The notes beneath the pieces were generated by a model. It had not been told where the DNA came from, searched no databases, and saw only the letters and a list, made by a program, of their open reading frames with translations. DNA of 64,000 nt from Candidatus Hydrogenedentota bacterium (lineage in GTDB: Bacteria; Hydrogenedentota; Hydrogenedentia; Hydrogenedentales; SLHB01), in NCBI GenBank assembly GCA_045863295.1, contig BTWA01000011.1, positions 64,001 to 128,000 of the forward strand, given 5' to 3'. Numbering within the stretch: the first letter of the stretch is position 1; each line of letters starts with the position of its first letter. The position numbers and the translations under genes were made by a program. Below are positions 38,907 through 49,279 of this stretch, piece after piece.

Positions 38907-40127
38907 TTGACAGGTCGAAATCGGGCCAAATCGCGGGCACTGGTGTGGGCTGGCGTGTTGGCACTGACCCACGTGGTATCGGCGCGAGCTTACGGCGCGG
39001 ATGGCAATCAGCTCATCGGGATAGGCACGATCCAAAAAGGCACGGCGGGTGCAGGTGTGGCGAGTCCGCAGGACTCGACGTGGACCTTGTTGAATCCGGC
39101 TTCAATTATCGACCTGGAGAAGCGCCTGGACTTTTCGCTCGATTTCATCACGCTGAAGATCAGCGCGTATCCGCAGGGCAGCGTATTGGCATCGAATCCG
39201 TTTGCGGGGTATCAAGAGAGCTATCCGTTCGCGTTGGCTCCTTCTGTGGGAATGATCCTGCCATTGGAGCACGGCACGCTTGGTTTTGGAATGTTCGGCG
39301 TGCAGGGAAATCTGGTTCATTATGAACGACCCCGGAGCACGCTGAGTGTGCTGGAGAATTCGGATCGGCGGGCCAAGGTGCAGGTGGCGAAGATTCCGGT
39401 TTCGTATGCGTATCAGTTTGACAACGGGTTGACGGTGGGCGCGGGATTGATAGGGGCGGTAACGCTGTTTCAATTCGATTCGCTCACGCTGAATCTACGG
39501 CCCACGGATGGCGACAATAAACTGGACTTCAATGTGGGCATTGGGCTGAATTTTGGGTTGTACAAACGCTGGGACAAGGTTTCGGTGGGGGCGGCGTACA
39601 GCACACGCATTGCGGTGACCGATCTGGATGTGTACAAGGACGTCATCGTTTGGAATCTCGACATTCCCCAGCAATTTCAGGCAGGTATCGCGGTGCGTCC
39701 CACCCAAAAGCTGGAATTGCTTGCGGACTACAAATGGATCAAGTGGTCGGAGGTGCGCAATTTTGGACGCACGACGGTCATGGGCGGCCTTGGCTGGGAA
39801 GATCAGCATATCTATAAACTCGGATTCAATTATAAGGCCACGGACAAGTGGACGTTTCGTGGCGGGTATTCGTACGGCGAATCGCCGATCGGGGACGAGT
39901 TCATCTTTGCGAACATACTGACGCCGGCGTTCGGCAAGGCGCACGCCTCGCTGGGGGTATCCCGCAAGATTGGCGAGCACGGCGAGTTGCACTTTTCCTA
40001 TTACCACGCATTTGAGGAAGAACGTACCGACAATGGACGCGGGGACATTTTTTCGATTTTGGGGCGCGGAAGTGAAGCGTCTTATACGGAGAATGTGTTT
40101 AGCGTGGGGTATTCGTACCGCTTTTAG
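38907..40127 (+). CDS. FadL/OmpP1-family outer-membrane transporter
   Basis: GTAGAGVA..NPA N-terminal motif, beta-strands, C-terminal YSYRF; AAGGAG before TTG 38907. Confidence 0.85.
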   Translation: MTGRNRAKSRALVWAGVLALTHVVSARAYGADGNQLIGIGTIQKGTAGAGVASPQDSTWTLLNPASIIDLEKRLDFSLDFITLKISAYPQGSVLASNPFAGYQESYPFALAPSVGMILPLEHGTLGFGMFGVQGNLVHYERPRSTLSVLENSDRRAKVQVAKIPVSYAYQFDNGLTVGAGLIGAVTLFQFDSLTLNLRPTDGDNKLDFNVGIGLNFGLYKRWDKVSVGAAYSTRIAVTDLDVYKDVIVWNLDIPQQFQAGIAVRPTQKLELLADYKWIKWSEVRNFGRTTVMGGLGWEDQHIYKLGFNYKATDKWTFRGGYSYGESPIGDEFIFANILTPAFGKAHASLGVSRKIGEHGELHFSYYHAFEEERTDNGRGDIFSILGRGSEASYTENVFSVGYSYRF

Positions 40128-40229
40128 TTCTCCTGATCTGTCTGCGTTGGCGCGTTGTCGATTTGTGTCCATATCCGCCGCCTGTCATACTATGGACAGG
40201 CTGTTTCCTTCCTCATGGAGCCATCACGA

Positions 40230-41483
40230 ATGAAGAAACGCATTGCGTTCGCGTTTCTCGCGCTTGTTGCCGGTTTCTTTTTGTTCCGCGAACTCAAGGG
40301 CGAGTTTATTGACTGGTATGCGGACAACGTATTTGTCCGCAAGACGGCCTATCCTTCCTCCGAGCAGCCGGATCAAATCACGCTTACGTGGAGCGACGAT
40401 CCGCAGACCACACAAACGATCAACTGGCGAACGAGTCCGGCCGTCGATACCGGCACGGTTGAGTTTCGAACCGTTGGAGACGGCGATGGGCCGGTTCAGA
40501 CCGTTGTTGCGACGAAGGCCATCCTTGAAGATGCGTTGCTGGAAAACGATCCGTTGAATCACCGTTTTACGGCGCGCCTTACGGGATTGACGCCGGATAC
40601 GCCATACGAATACCGGGTGGGTAACGGGAATACCGACGGGTGGAGCGACTGGGTGGAATTCCGGACGGCGCCGGGCCCCGACAAGCCATTTTCGTTTGTA
40701 TACATGGGCGATCCGCAGAAGGGGTTGGGATTTTGGGGCGGTTTGGTGCAGAAATCATTTGAGCGTTGCCCCCAGTCCGCTTTTTATGTCATTGCCGGCG
40801 ATTTGATCAACAGCGGGAACTTTCGCAACGAATGGGATGCCTTGTTTCGCGGGGGCACGGGCGTGTTCGATCGTAGGGCGCTTGTGCCTGCGCCTGGCAA
40901 CCACGATTATGACAATCAAAATCAGTTGCGGTTGTATCTGAGTGTGTTTGGCCTGCCGGAGAATGGGCCTGAGGAATTGCCCAAGGAGCACGCGTACAGT
41001 TTCACCTACGGCAACGCGCTGTTCGTAGTGCTGGATTCGAATCAGCCGCCTGGTCTGCAGACGTCATGGTTGGAGAAGCAGCTCGCGGAATCCAAGGCGA
41101 CGTGGAAATTCGCTGTTTACCACCACCCGGCTTATCCATCGGCTCCGCACCGGGCGAACGAGGATGTGAAGAAGCTCTGGGGCGATCTTTTTGACAAGTA
41201 CCATGTAGACATGGCGCTGCAAGGTCACGATCACGCGTATTTGCGGACCTATCCAATGAAAGGGGGCAAGCGCGCGGCGTCCGCGGCGGAAGGCACGTAT
41301 TACATGGTAGCGGTGTCGGGCACGAAGTTTTACGAGCAGATCTACCGGGAGTATTCGGAGGTCGCTTTTCCGCAAGTATCCACCTATCAGGTCATTGACA
41401 TTTCCACCCACCCTGACAAGCTTACTTATCGCGCATACGACATCGACGGCATTGTAAAAGACGAACTGATCATCGAGAAATAA
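40230..41483 (+). CDS. Purple acid phosphatase-like metallophosphoesterase with FN3-type N-domain
   Basis: GD, GDL, GNHD, HHP, GHDH motifs; N-terminal anchor. Confidence 0.9.
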   Translation: MKKRIAFAFLALVAGFFLFRELKGEFIDWYADNVFVRKTAYPSSEQPDQITLTWSDDPQTTQTINWRTSPAVDTGTVEFRTVGDGDGPVQTVVATKAILEDALLENDPLNHRFTARLTGLTPDTPYEYRVGNGNTDGWSDWVEFRTAPGPDKPFSFVYMGDPQKGLGFWGGLVQKSFERCPQSAFYVIAGDLINSGNFRNEWDALFRGGTGVFDRRALVPAPGNHDYDNQNQLRLYLSVFGLPENGPEELPKEHAYSFTYGNALFVVLDSNQPPGLQTSWLEKQLAESKATWKFAVYHHPAYPSAPHRANEDVKKLWGDLFDKYHVDMALQGHDHAYLRTYPMKGGKRAASAAEGTYYMVAVSGTKFYEQIYREYSEVAFPQVSTYQVIDISTHPDKLTYRAYDIDGIVKDELIIEK

Positions 41484-41488
41484 CGCGA

Positions 41489-42976
41489 TTATTCGTTGCC
41501 GGACGGCGGCACTTTGGGTTGTACGCCCGGAAATGGGCCTTCGGGCCATGCCCAGATGGGAAATCGCGTGTTGGCGCTCTTCATGGTTTCCTTGCCGTTC
41601 ACAAAACCCGCCGCAACGAGCAACACGACATAGGAGATTGCCGAAGCCAGGACCCACTTGTATGCCTTGAAGGGCTTTAGCTGTTCGGCGTTCTCGGGCG
41701 GATAAGGGCTCGGCCCGTCTTTGAATAATTGTGCAATTACATGGACAGTCATCAAGATAAACAGAATCCAAAATACCGTGTGCATGTTTATATAGTTTGG
41801 AACGGGCGGGCGAAAGAAATACAGCGCGTTCGCATTCTGGTATAGCACCATTGTGAGGGACAACCAGACTACCGGGAACCAAGGCCACCTGCGGGCGTCC
41901 TTGCCGTTGACAATGCTCCATAGAATGGAGCCGATCGTGGCCGCGACACACAGTGCGATGATGCCGTTGGCTGTCTTTTGGCCGAGCGCACCGGCATTGC
42001 CATAGCCCATTTCCTCGAGGGCCGAGGTCCACTCGGTGATCTTTTCTGAAAACGGGGTGCGCGTAACGGCGTGCAAAATAGGCACCGCGGCCATGGCATA
42101 GAGCGCGCCAAGATTGGCGATGCGGGCGAAGGCTGGGCCGGATGGCGGTTCTGGGAAACGTTGGCCGAGCATTCCGTACGTGTAGACAAATCCCGCGATG
42201 AGGCCTACCGACACCTCCATTGTGTTCCACGTGTTGATGTTGAAAGGTCCGAGTTGAGTGCCATCGGCGAATTTCCAGGACCATGTGATGAGATTTGTGT
42301 TGATGTTGTCGACCATGCGGCCGATTGACATGCCCATTCCGAAGCCCGTATAGCCCAGGATTGCAGACCGGAAGCCGGTCTGTTTACCGCGTGCCCACAG
42401 CCACACGAGCAGAGCCCAGGCACCTCCCGTATAGGCAATGGAGGCGTTTGAGCGCCAAGGGTTGATGTGGAATCCGCACAGCTTCACGACGAGTATGTAG
42501 AGGAAGGTTCCGCCAGCCAGAACGGCGATGGCCGATTCCACCCATTCGATTCGCGTGGTGCGCTTGTGTTCGAGCAGAAGCCCGGCGGCCGCGCACCCGA
42601 AGACGCCCCATGCGCCGCCTTGCAAGAACAAGGTGAAGAAGCCGTAGGCGTAGTTGATGAACGTATCGGATTTGCCGTATCCGTGCAACACGCCATAGCT
42701 CATATGGCCGCCCGCGCCGATACCCAGACCGGTCACAATCGCGAGTACGGGCATCCAGCGGTACATGGCGGTCTGGCCGGTGACGTAGCCGAACGCGAAC
42801 GCCAGTATAACGCCGGGATACATGGCTCCAATGAGGTGGCCGAAGTCGCCGCGAATACCCCATGCCAGACCGACAGCGAGTGCAACGAACACCGAGCGTT
42901 CGATTCGATCCCATTGGCTAATGCGAGTGCCTTGACGCGGCATACTGGCGGCGGTTTGCGTGGTGTCTTGACTCAT
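41489..42976 (-). CDS. Polytopic membrane protein of unknown function (~495 aa)
   Basis: About 12-14 hydrophobic segments; WGIRGDFGH and GGHMSYG polar motifs; ATGA overlap with the upstream GTPase. Confidence 0.8.
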   Translation of the reverse strand: MSQDTTQTAASMPRQGTRISQWDRIERSVFVALAVGLAWGIRGDFGHLIGAMYPGVILAFAFGYVTGQTAMYRWMPVLAIVTGLGIGAGGHMSYGVLHGYGKSDTFINYAYGFFTLFLQGGAWGVFGCAAAGLLLEHKRTTRIEWVESAIAVLAGGTFLYILVVKLCGFHINPWRSNASIAYTGGAWALLVWLWARGKQTGFRSAILGYTGFGMGMSIGRMVDNINTNLITWSWKFADGTQLGPFNINTWNTMEVSVGLIAGFVYTYGMLGQRFPEPPSGPAFARIANLGALYAMAAVPILHAVTRTPFSEKITEWTSALEEMGYGNAGALGQKTANGIIALCVAATIGSILWSIVNGKDARRWPWFPVVWLSLTMVLYQNANALYFFRPPVPNYINMHTVFWILFILMTVHVIAQLFKDGPSPYPPENAEQLKPFKAYKWVLASAISYVVLLVAAGFVNGKETMKSANTRFPIWAWPEGPFPGVQPKVPPSGNE

Positions 42977-44625
42977 GGAATAGACTTCCGCCCTTCCTGA
43001 GACAGCATGCCGTGCAGATATTGCACGCGATCGATTTCGGCGATGACTTCCCGGGCGGCTTCCTGCTCGTCGCGAAAGGCGAGGCCCCCCTCCCCCAATG
43101 CAATTCGCAGGTCGGTGGAGGCCTTGGCGCGCGCGCGCCATGCGGCGAGGCGGACGGCGATGGACAGGGCCAGCATTTCCAGAGCGATTAGAATAAGCAG
43201 GACCAGCATGGCGTGATAGCCGTCGTCCTTCGAGAACGTGATTCCCTGGAAGAACGCGTATACCACGTGATACGCGATGTAGCCAAGCAACGTGAGTGGC
43301 GCGGCATCCATAAGAAGTGTGACGGGCCAACTGGCGAGGACGCGCGCACGCGCCACTATCCGGTCGCGGGCGGGGCCGCGCAGCAGTGCGGTCAAGCGTT
43401 GTCGAACGGCTTCGCTAAATCGCTTGAAACTGTCCTGTTCGCTTTCGGTCGCAAAGTGAGCTTTTGACATTTCCAGCACGGCTTCTCCCCGGGCGGACCG
43501 AAATACGGCGTGAACGGCCTCGGAGGCGACGTCGATGTCTTCGTTGAACAGGTCGTTTTCGGTGAGGAGGGCGGCGGCTTGCCTTCCCGCACCCAACGGC
43601 ATGGCCTTGGGAAGCCAGCCGGCGACGCGCGCGGGCAGTGTGCGGACGGCTTCGAGGATGCGAAACAGCGTACCCACGATGCCTTTGGATCGGATGCTTG
43701 TTTCGCGGCCCAGCGCAAACGTCCAGAGATGCGATTCGGAGAACAGACGTCTCCGGAGAATTCCATAGGTTTCCTTGACGACGGTTTGGTCAATGGTGTG
43801 CAGTTTGGCCAGCAGGGTTTCCACTTCGGGCCGTCGGGCGGCCACGCGTTCGTTCAGCGTGGAAATGGTTTTTGCGAGCAGTCCCGCGGTGTTGGAAGAT
43901 TTGATTCGGCGTATGCGTTCGCGCGTGAGTTCCTCTCGCAGAAACGATTCCAGGCGGGCGAAGTCGAACGCATCGGGGCCGGGCATGGCTCCGCGCAGTT
44001 TGCTTTCAAAGGCGCGCAGGGCGCAGACCCGGAAGCAGGCATCCACGCGAAAGCCCTGTGCAGCCAACCGATTCATCCAATGATCGCGAATGCTTTCCGC
44101 GCCCGCGTCGGCCTTTGTCTCAACGCAGACGAGGGTCCTTTCGCCCTGCAAGGGCCTCAGCAGGGACCATGTGGCTTCATCCATGTATTTTTCGGGGCTC
44201 CCGCACATGAGGATAAGGTCGCATTGGGCTAAAGCATCGATGACGGCGCTGCGGTGCTCCTTAACGATGGTGTCAGAGTCGGGCGTATCAATGAGTACGA
44301 GATTTTCCAGGGCCGAGCCGGATGCCATTCGCCAGCCCGGAAAGTCGAGTTTGGCACCGGGCGGATGATAGACCGTCGGGACGGCGGTGCATGGGCGGAA
44401 TTCAGAAACGTCTGCAAGCCGGTCACCGGCAATTGCATTGAGCAGTGTGGATTTTCCCACGCCGGAACCGCCGACCAACGCGACGACAAGCACATCGTTG
44501 AGCCGTGCTTCGCGTTCGCGCAATTCCCGCAGGCGGTCACGCAACAGGGCGGCTTCGGCTTTGAGTGGAGCCCATGGCCCGTCGTAGCGGGCGATGGTTT
44601 CGAGTTCGATAAGAATATCGTTCAT
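42973..44625 (-). CDS. Dynamin-like/MMR_HSR1-type GTPase with C-terminal TM pair
   Basis: GGSGVGKS, RPCT, DTPD, TKAD; helical stalk; two hydrophobic helices. Confidence 0.85.
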   Translation of the reverse strand: MNDILIELETIARYDGPWAPLKAEAALLRDRLRELREREARLNDVLVVALVGGSGVGKSTLLNAIAGDRLADVSEFRPCTAVPTVYHPPGAKLDFPGWRMASGSALENLVLIDTPDSDTIVKEHRSAVIDALAQCDLILMCGSPEKYMDEATWSLLRPLQGERTLVCVETKADAGAESIRDHWMNRLAAQGFRVDACFRVCALRAFESKLRGAMPGPDAFDFARLESFLREELTRERIRRIKSSNTAGLLAKTISTLNERVAARRPEVETLLAKLHTIDQTVVKETYGILRRRLFSESHLWTFALGRETSIRSKGIVGTLFRILEAVRTLPARVAGWLPKAMPLGAGRQAAALLTENDLFNEDIDVASEAVHAVFRSARGEAVLEMSKAHFATESEQDSFKRFSEAVRQRLTALLRGPARDRIVARARVLASWPVTLLMDAAPLTLLGYIAYHVVYAFFQGITFSKDDGYHAMLVLLILIALEMLALSIAVRLAAWRARAKASTDLRIALGEGGLAFRDEQEAAREVIAEIDRVQYLHGMLSQEGRKSIP

Positions 44626-46439
44626 GTTTCCAGGCATTGTTCCTGCCACTTTCGCAAGTTTGCGACGGATTCTCCATCCAGAATGTTGAGATACGCTTGA
44701 AGGGATGCCAATGCGGGGTTGACGACGTGCGTTTGAAGCGCCTGGCGCAAAGCCTCTTGTTGCTCTTTTTTCCAAGGCGAAAGGAAGTCGAACAGGGCAT
44801 CGCCAAACTGGTATTCGATGACGCGGGCGAGGAACTGCTCCGCCAGGGGGCCCGCCACGGCCACAGACTCCGCGACGCCGATACCGCCGGTGTGCATAGC
44901 CAACGGCACGGCGATGGCCGTGGGAGCGATGGCCAATACGGCATCCAAGCTTTCCAACACGCGGCGGGTGCCTTTGTGATCATTCCACCATGTATCCAAT
45001 GTGCGGAAGGCGTGTTCGTGAAATGCTTCCGACACATTTTCGGTTTGCAGGACCTGACGGCGGATCTCGTCCAGACTTCTTTCAATTCGTATTTCGCCGA
45101 TGTGGGTGCGCACCAGATGCCCGGCGGGTTCGCGGAGATTCTCGCTTGACTCGATAATGCTGGCGAGAAATTCGCGCGCGATACGGTCTACGGCTTGCGC
45201 ATGCGCGGCGCGCAATTCCTCTTCGTTGGGTGCCGCCGCTTCTGCTTCCAGGGAGGCTCGGCGGAGCAGGGCGTTGCGCACGGAACGGCCGACCGCGCCC
45301 GCCCCTTTGGCCACGGCTTTGCCTGTTGAACCTATCCATCTCCGGACCGGACCGCGCTTTGACTGCACGAACTCGTGAAACAGTCCGCCAACGCGGGCAC
45401 CGGGCATGGGATCGTACTGGCGCGCGTAGTCCGCCGCGCGCAGATCAAACTCTTCCCGGGCGCGGCGGAGTATCTGAGCAACATCGTCGAGGCCTTCGAG
45501 AAATTCGGCGGCCTGTTCGCCGAAGCGAGTAACTGATCCGCGGTACACCCGTTCCTTAATCGAGGGTATGTCCAACGAACGCAGGTGTACGCGCAGGTCT
45601 TCGCCACCGTCGATGGATTCAATGGGTCGTTGCGGATCTTTGGGCAGGTCAAACGCATGTGGGAGCACGAAGCACGGCGCATCGATGCCGATGTCGGTCA
45701 GGAATTCATCCAATTGTTTTCGGGCGGTGTTGAAGCCGTTTTCCGGATCGGCTTTGTTCATAAGCGGAATGAGGATTCGCCCTGAAGCGTGCGCGCGGCG
45801 AAAGAACGCCACCACCCGATCGTCCTTGTATTTTTCGCCCGTCAGCACGGCCACAATGACGTCGCCGGCGGCGCCGATAGCGTCGGCCACCTGCCAATTC
45901 GCTTTGTCGATCGAATCGACGTCGGGCGTGTCCAGCACGATCATATTTCCGGGCAGGTTGTCGGTTTCCCGCACGTACATGGCGTCTGGCCGGGAGTCAT
46001 GGGAGACGACGGCCTCGGGATCGTCGAGGTGCATTGCTTTGAACTCCGGCACCAATCTGCCGTCGAGGCATTCGGCAATTCGCGAGGGCGAGCCCGTCAG
46101 GAGCGGTCTGCAAGTGGCGGCGGCGGTGGCTTTGACGGGACTGACGACTTCACCTATCAGAAGGTTGAAGACGGTGGACTTGCCGGTATTTGTGCCGCCG
46201 GCAACCGCCACAACCAGGCATCCTTCCCCTTCCAGATGGGGTTTGAGCTTATTCCGGAGAAGGTTTAGCCACGGCGCCGCGGCGCCGAAGATCGCCTCGT
46301 ACAAAGCAGGGTCGCCTGCGAGCGCATCCTGCAGCCGGCGTATTTCGGCGTCGAAGGCGGCGAGCACGTCGCCCAACGACTTTAGATTCGATCCGGATGG
46401 GGCCATTCGAACTGCAAACCTTCCCAAGTACTCGCGCAT
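44622..46439 (-). CDS. Dynamin-like/MMR_HSR1-type GTPase with hydrophobic paddle
   Basis: GGTNTGKS, AATC, DTPD, NKAD; helical C-half; VLAIAPTAIAVPLAMHTGGIGVA; start uncertain. Confidence 0.85.
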   Translation of the reverse strand: MREYLGRFAVRMAPSGSNLKSLGDVLAAFDAEIRRLQDALAGDPALYEAIFGAAAPWLNLLRNKLKPHLEGEGCLVVAVAGGTNTGKSTVFNLLIGEVVSPVKATAAATCRPLLTGSPSRIAECLDGRLVPEFKAMHLDDPEAVVSHDSRPDAMYVRETDNLPGNMIVLDTPDVDSIDKANWQVADAIGAAGDVIVAVLTGEKYKDDRVVAFFRRAHASGRILIPLMNKADPENGFNTARKQLDEFLTDIGIDAPCFVLPHAFDLPKDPQRPIESIDGGEDLRVHLRSLDIPSIKERVYRGSVTRFGEQAAEFLEGLDDVAQILRRAREEFDLRAADYARQYDPMPGARVGGLFHEFVQSKRGPVRRWIGSTGKAVAKGAGAVGRSVRNALLRRASLEAEAAAPNEEELRAAHAQAVDRIAREFLASIIESSENLREPAGHLVRTHIGEIRIERSLDEIRRQVLQTENVSEAFHEHAFRTLDTWWNDHKGTRRVLESLDAVLAIAPTAIAVPLAMHTGGIGVAESVAVAGPLAEQFLARVIEYQFGDALFDFLSPWKKEQQEALRQALQTHVVNPALASLQAYLNILDGESVANLRKWQEQCLET

Positions 46440-46601
46440 GGTTACACCGCCACGCTAATGTATCTTTCCAAAGACAATCAAGATTGGCATTCGCGGGTCC
46501 ATCGGATAGACTGTTTGCGGTTTACAGGCTGCACTTTATCCGCATTGGGGAATTCTATGCATTTCCGAGCCGAGGCCGTCACCGGCAGGTCGGGCCGCCG
46601 C

Positions 46602-49109
46602 ATGATTCGGCACATTGTGCTGATCGTGTGTTTCTTTCCGGCATTGGGCTGCGATCTGGTGCTTGGCCACTGGGACCGGCAGGCATTGCCCATGGTCAAG
46701 GGTTCGTTGCGCGTACCGGGCATTCACGGCGAAGTCGAGGTGCTGCGCGACGGCCACGGCGTTCCCCATATCTATGCCGGGTCTCAGCGGGATCTCTTTT
46801 TTGCTCAGGGGTTTGTTCAGGCGCAGGACCGGTTCTGGCAAATGGACCTGTTCAGGCGTTACGGGCGTGGCACGATTGGCGAACTGGTGGGCCGCCGGGA
46901 GGAAATTGTAACCCAGGACATCTACTACCGAACAATTGGCTTATACCGTTCCGCCGAAGAGGAGGTACGCCTGCTTGACGCTGACACGCGAGCGATGTTT
47001 GAGGCCTTCGCCGAAGGGGTTAACGCGTATCTTCGGGGCAAACTTCCGTGCGACCTTTCGGCGGAGTACAGCGCGTTGTCGGCGATTGGGTTGCGTTACA
47101 AGATTGACCCGTGGACGCCTGCCGATTCATTGGTATGGGGGAAGGTCGTTGCGGAACTGCTCAGCTCGCCAAGTTATGACGAAGGATCCATGGCGCAGGT
47201 GCAGGCGGCCATCAGTCCGGAAATGTTCGCGGAGTGGTTGCCTCCGTTTCCGGATGGGGTGAAACCGACCATTGTTCTTCCAGAGGATTTGCCTTCCGCC
47301 AAGGCGGGCATGGGCAGGCGAAGCCAGAACTACGCGGATTCCGCGGCAGTGACACGCATTCTTCCAGACCGATCGCGGTGGTGGTTTCAGCGCGGCGACG
47401 GCATGGGGAGCAACAACTGGATGGTATCCGGCGAGCGGACGGCTTCGGGCCGGCCGCTGTTTGCCAATGATCCGCACCTTGCGCCCACGATGATTCCGGG
47501 ACTGTTCTACGAAGTCGGGTTGCATTGCAGCAATGCCACGGAGCCGATGCATTTGGCGGGCTTTGCGTTGGCCACTTCTCCGGGTGTTTTCATCGGACAT
47601 AACGAGTATATGGCCTGGGGGTTCACTGCATCGGGTGCCGATGTACACGACACGTACCGGATTACGGTCAACCCCGCGAATCCGCTGGAATACTGGTGGG
47701 ATGGCTCGTGGCGGCCGTTTCGCGTGCGGGAGGAGACCATCCGGTTTGCCGACGGATCGCCGCCGCTTGTGGTTCAGGTTCGCGAAACGCATTTTGGCCC
47801 GATCGTGAACGAGCTTCATGTAACGCCCAACGCAACCGGCACTGCCTTCAACAATGTAGCGCCGCATGCCATCCGGTACACCGTGCTGGAACCGGGCCGC
47901 CCGGCGACCGCGCTGAAACGGCTTTACAGCGCAAAAAACTGGGTTGAATTTGGCGAGGCAACGGCCTTGTGGGATTATCCCGCGATCAACATTGGATACG
48001 CCGACATACACGGCAATATCGGCTATCGCCTGTTGGGCAAGATTCCAATTCGAGCGGGCCATCATAGCGGGCTGACGCCGGTATCGGGTTCGGATTCCGC
48101 TATGCAGTGGCTGGGATTCATTCCGTTTGACCATCTACCCAAGGTGTTGAATCCACAGGGCGGCTTGATTGTGAGTGCAAACCAGGTGCCTGCGCCGCAA
48201 TCGTATTTCGACGGTTTGGCCGACCAATTGGGTGCTGGTCCAAACTATCATTTTGTGCCTGTGGACAATTTTGGCTATCGGGGAGGCAGGATAATGGACT
48301 TGCTGAAGGCCAATACGGCCCACACCCCAGACAGCCTCAGAGCCATACAAAGTGATGTGGTTCTGCCGGGGGTGGAAGAAGTCATCCCGTATTTGCGGGA
48401 GATCGACATGGGAAGCCCGGAGTTGAACACGGCCCGGGACTGGTTTGTGGGATGGGACGGCGAATACACGCTGGAAACGTCGCAAGGATTGCTTTATCCC
48501 TATTTCCTGACAGCATTGTTTCACGGCATCTACGACGATCAGGCCGGCGACTGGCCGCCGCTGGTGGAAATCGGGTATTGGTCCGTTTATTTGTTGCTTG
48601 CGGATCCAGGCAATGTCTGGTGGGACGACACCGCGACGGAACCGGTGGAAACCCGCGATGACATACTGAGGCGGTCGTTTGCTCAAGGACTTGCGGGCGC
48701 GGCTAGTTGGTACGGGCCGGATCGCGGTGCGTGGCGCTGGGGAGACCGACACTATATCCGTTTTACTCACATCCCACTCGGTTACGTCGGCGTTGCGCCC
48801 GTGGAGGACTTTTTCAATCGCGGGCCGCACGAGATTCGCGGGACCAGCGGAACGATCAACATGGCGTCGTGGTCGTTTGTAGACGGCAGCTTCGAGGCGA
48901 ACTTTATTCCGGTGATCCGGCTCATATGCGACGTTGGCAATTGGGACAACACACGTGCGTTGAACTGTACCGGACAGAGCGGGCATCCGGGATCGCCTCA
49001 TTACGGTGATCAGATACAAGACTGGATCGATGTGAATTTGCACATACAGCCATGGAACCGCCGCGCGGTGGAAGCGGCGTCCGTAAACCGGCTGGTGTTG
49101 CACCCTTGA
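46602..49109 (+). CDS. Penicillin acylase family (S45) Ntn hydrolase, exported
   Basis: RDGHGVPHIYA, AQDRFWQMD, GSNNW nucleophile, NDPHL, GQSGHP. Confidence 0.93.
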   Translation: MIRHIVLIVCFFPALGCDLVLGHWDRQALPMVKGSLRVPGIHGEVEVLRDGHGVPHIYAGSQRDLFFAQGFVQAQDRFWQMDLFRRYGRGTIGELVGRREEIVTQDIYYRTIGLYRSAEEEVRLLDADTRAMFEAFAEGVNAYLRGKLPCDLSAEYSALSAIGLRYKIDPWTPADSLVWGKVVAELLSSPSYDEGSMAQVQAAISPEMFAEWLPPFPDGVKPTIVLPEDLPSAKAGMGRRSQNYADSAAVTRILPDRSRWWFQRGDGMGSNNWMVSGERTASGRPLFANDPHLAPTMIPGLFYEVGLHCSNATEPMHLAGFALATSPGVFIGHNEYMAWGFTASGADVHDTYRITVNPANPLEYWWDGSWRPFRVREETIRFADGSPPLVVQVRETHFGPIVNELHVTPNATGTAFNNVAPHAIRYTVLEPGRPATALKRLYSAKNWVEFGEATALWDYPAINIGYADIHGNIGYRLLGKIPIRAGHHSGLTPVSGSDSAMQWLGFIPFDHLPKVLNPQGGLIVSANQVPAPQSYFDGLADQLGAGPNYHFVPVDNFGYRGGRIMDLLKANTAHTPDSLRAIQSDVVLPGVEEVIPYLREIDMGSPELNTARDWFVGWDGEYTLETSQGLLYPYFLTALFHGIYDDQAGDWPPLVEIGYWSVYLLLADPGNVWWDDTATEPVETRDDILRRSFAQGLAGAASWYGPDRGAWRWGDRHYIRFTHIPLGYVGVAPVEDFFNRGPHEIRGTSGTINMASWSFVDGSFEANFIPVIRLICDVGNWDNTRALNCTGQSGHPGSPHYGDQIQDWIDVNLHIQPWNRRAVEAASVNRLVLHP

Positions 49110-49279
49110 TCGCGCCTTGACTTGTTGCTCACGCAGAATAGTCTGGGCTTGAAACGCTGAGGATATCTCACGTGCATACTGTACTTGCATCGCGTTCGAC
49201 AATGGTGCGTTGGAACTGTTATTACACAGTTAATTGGACAAACTCGTGAAATATCCGGACTAGGACAATTCCCAATCAC

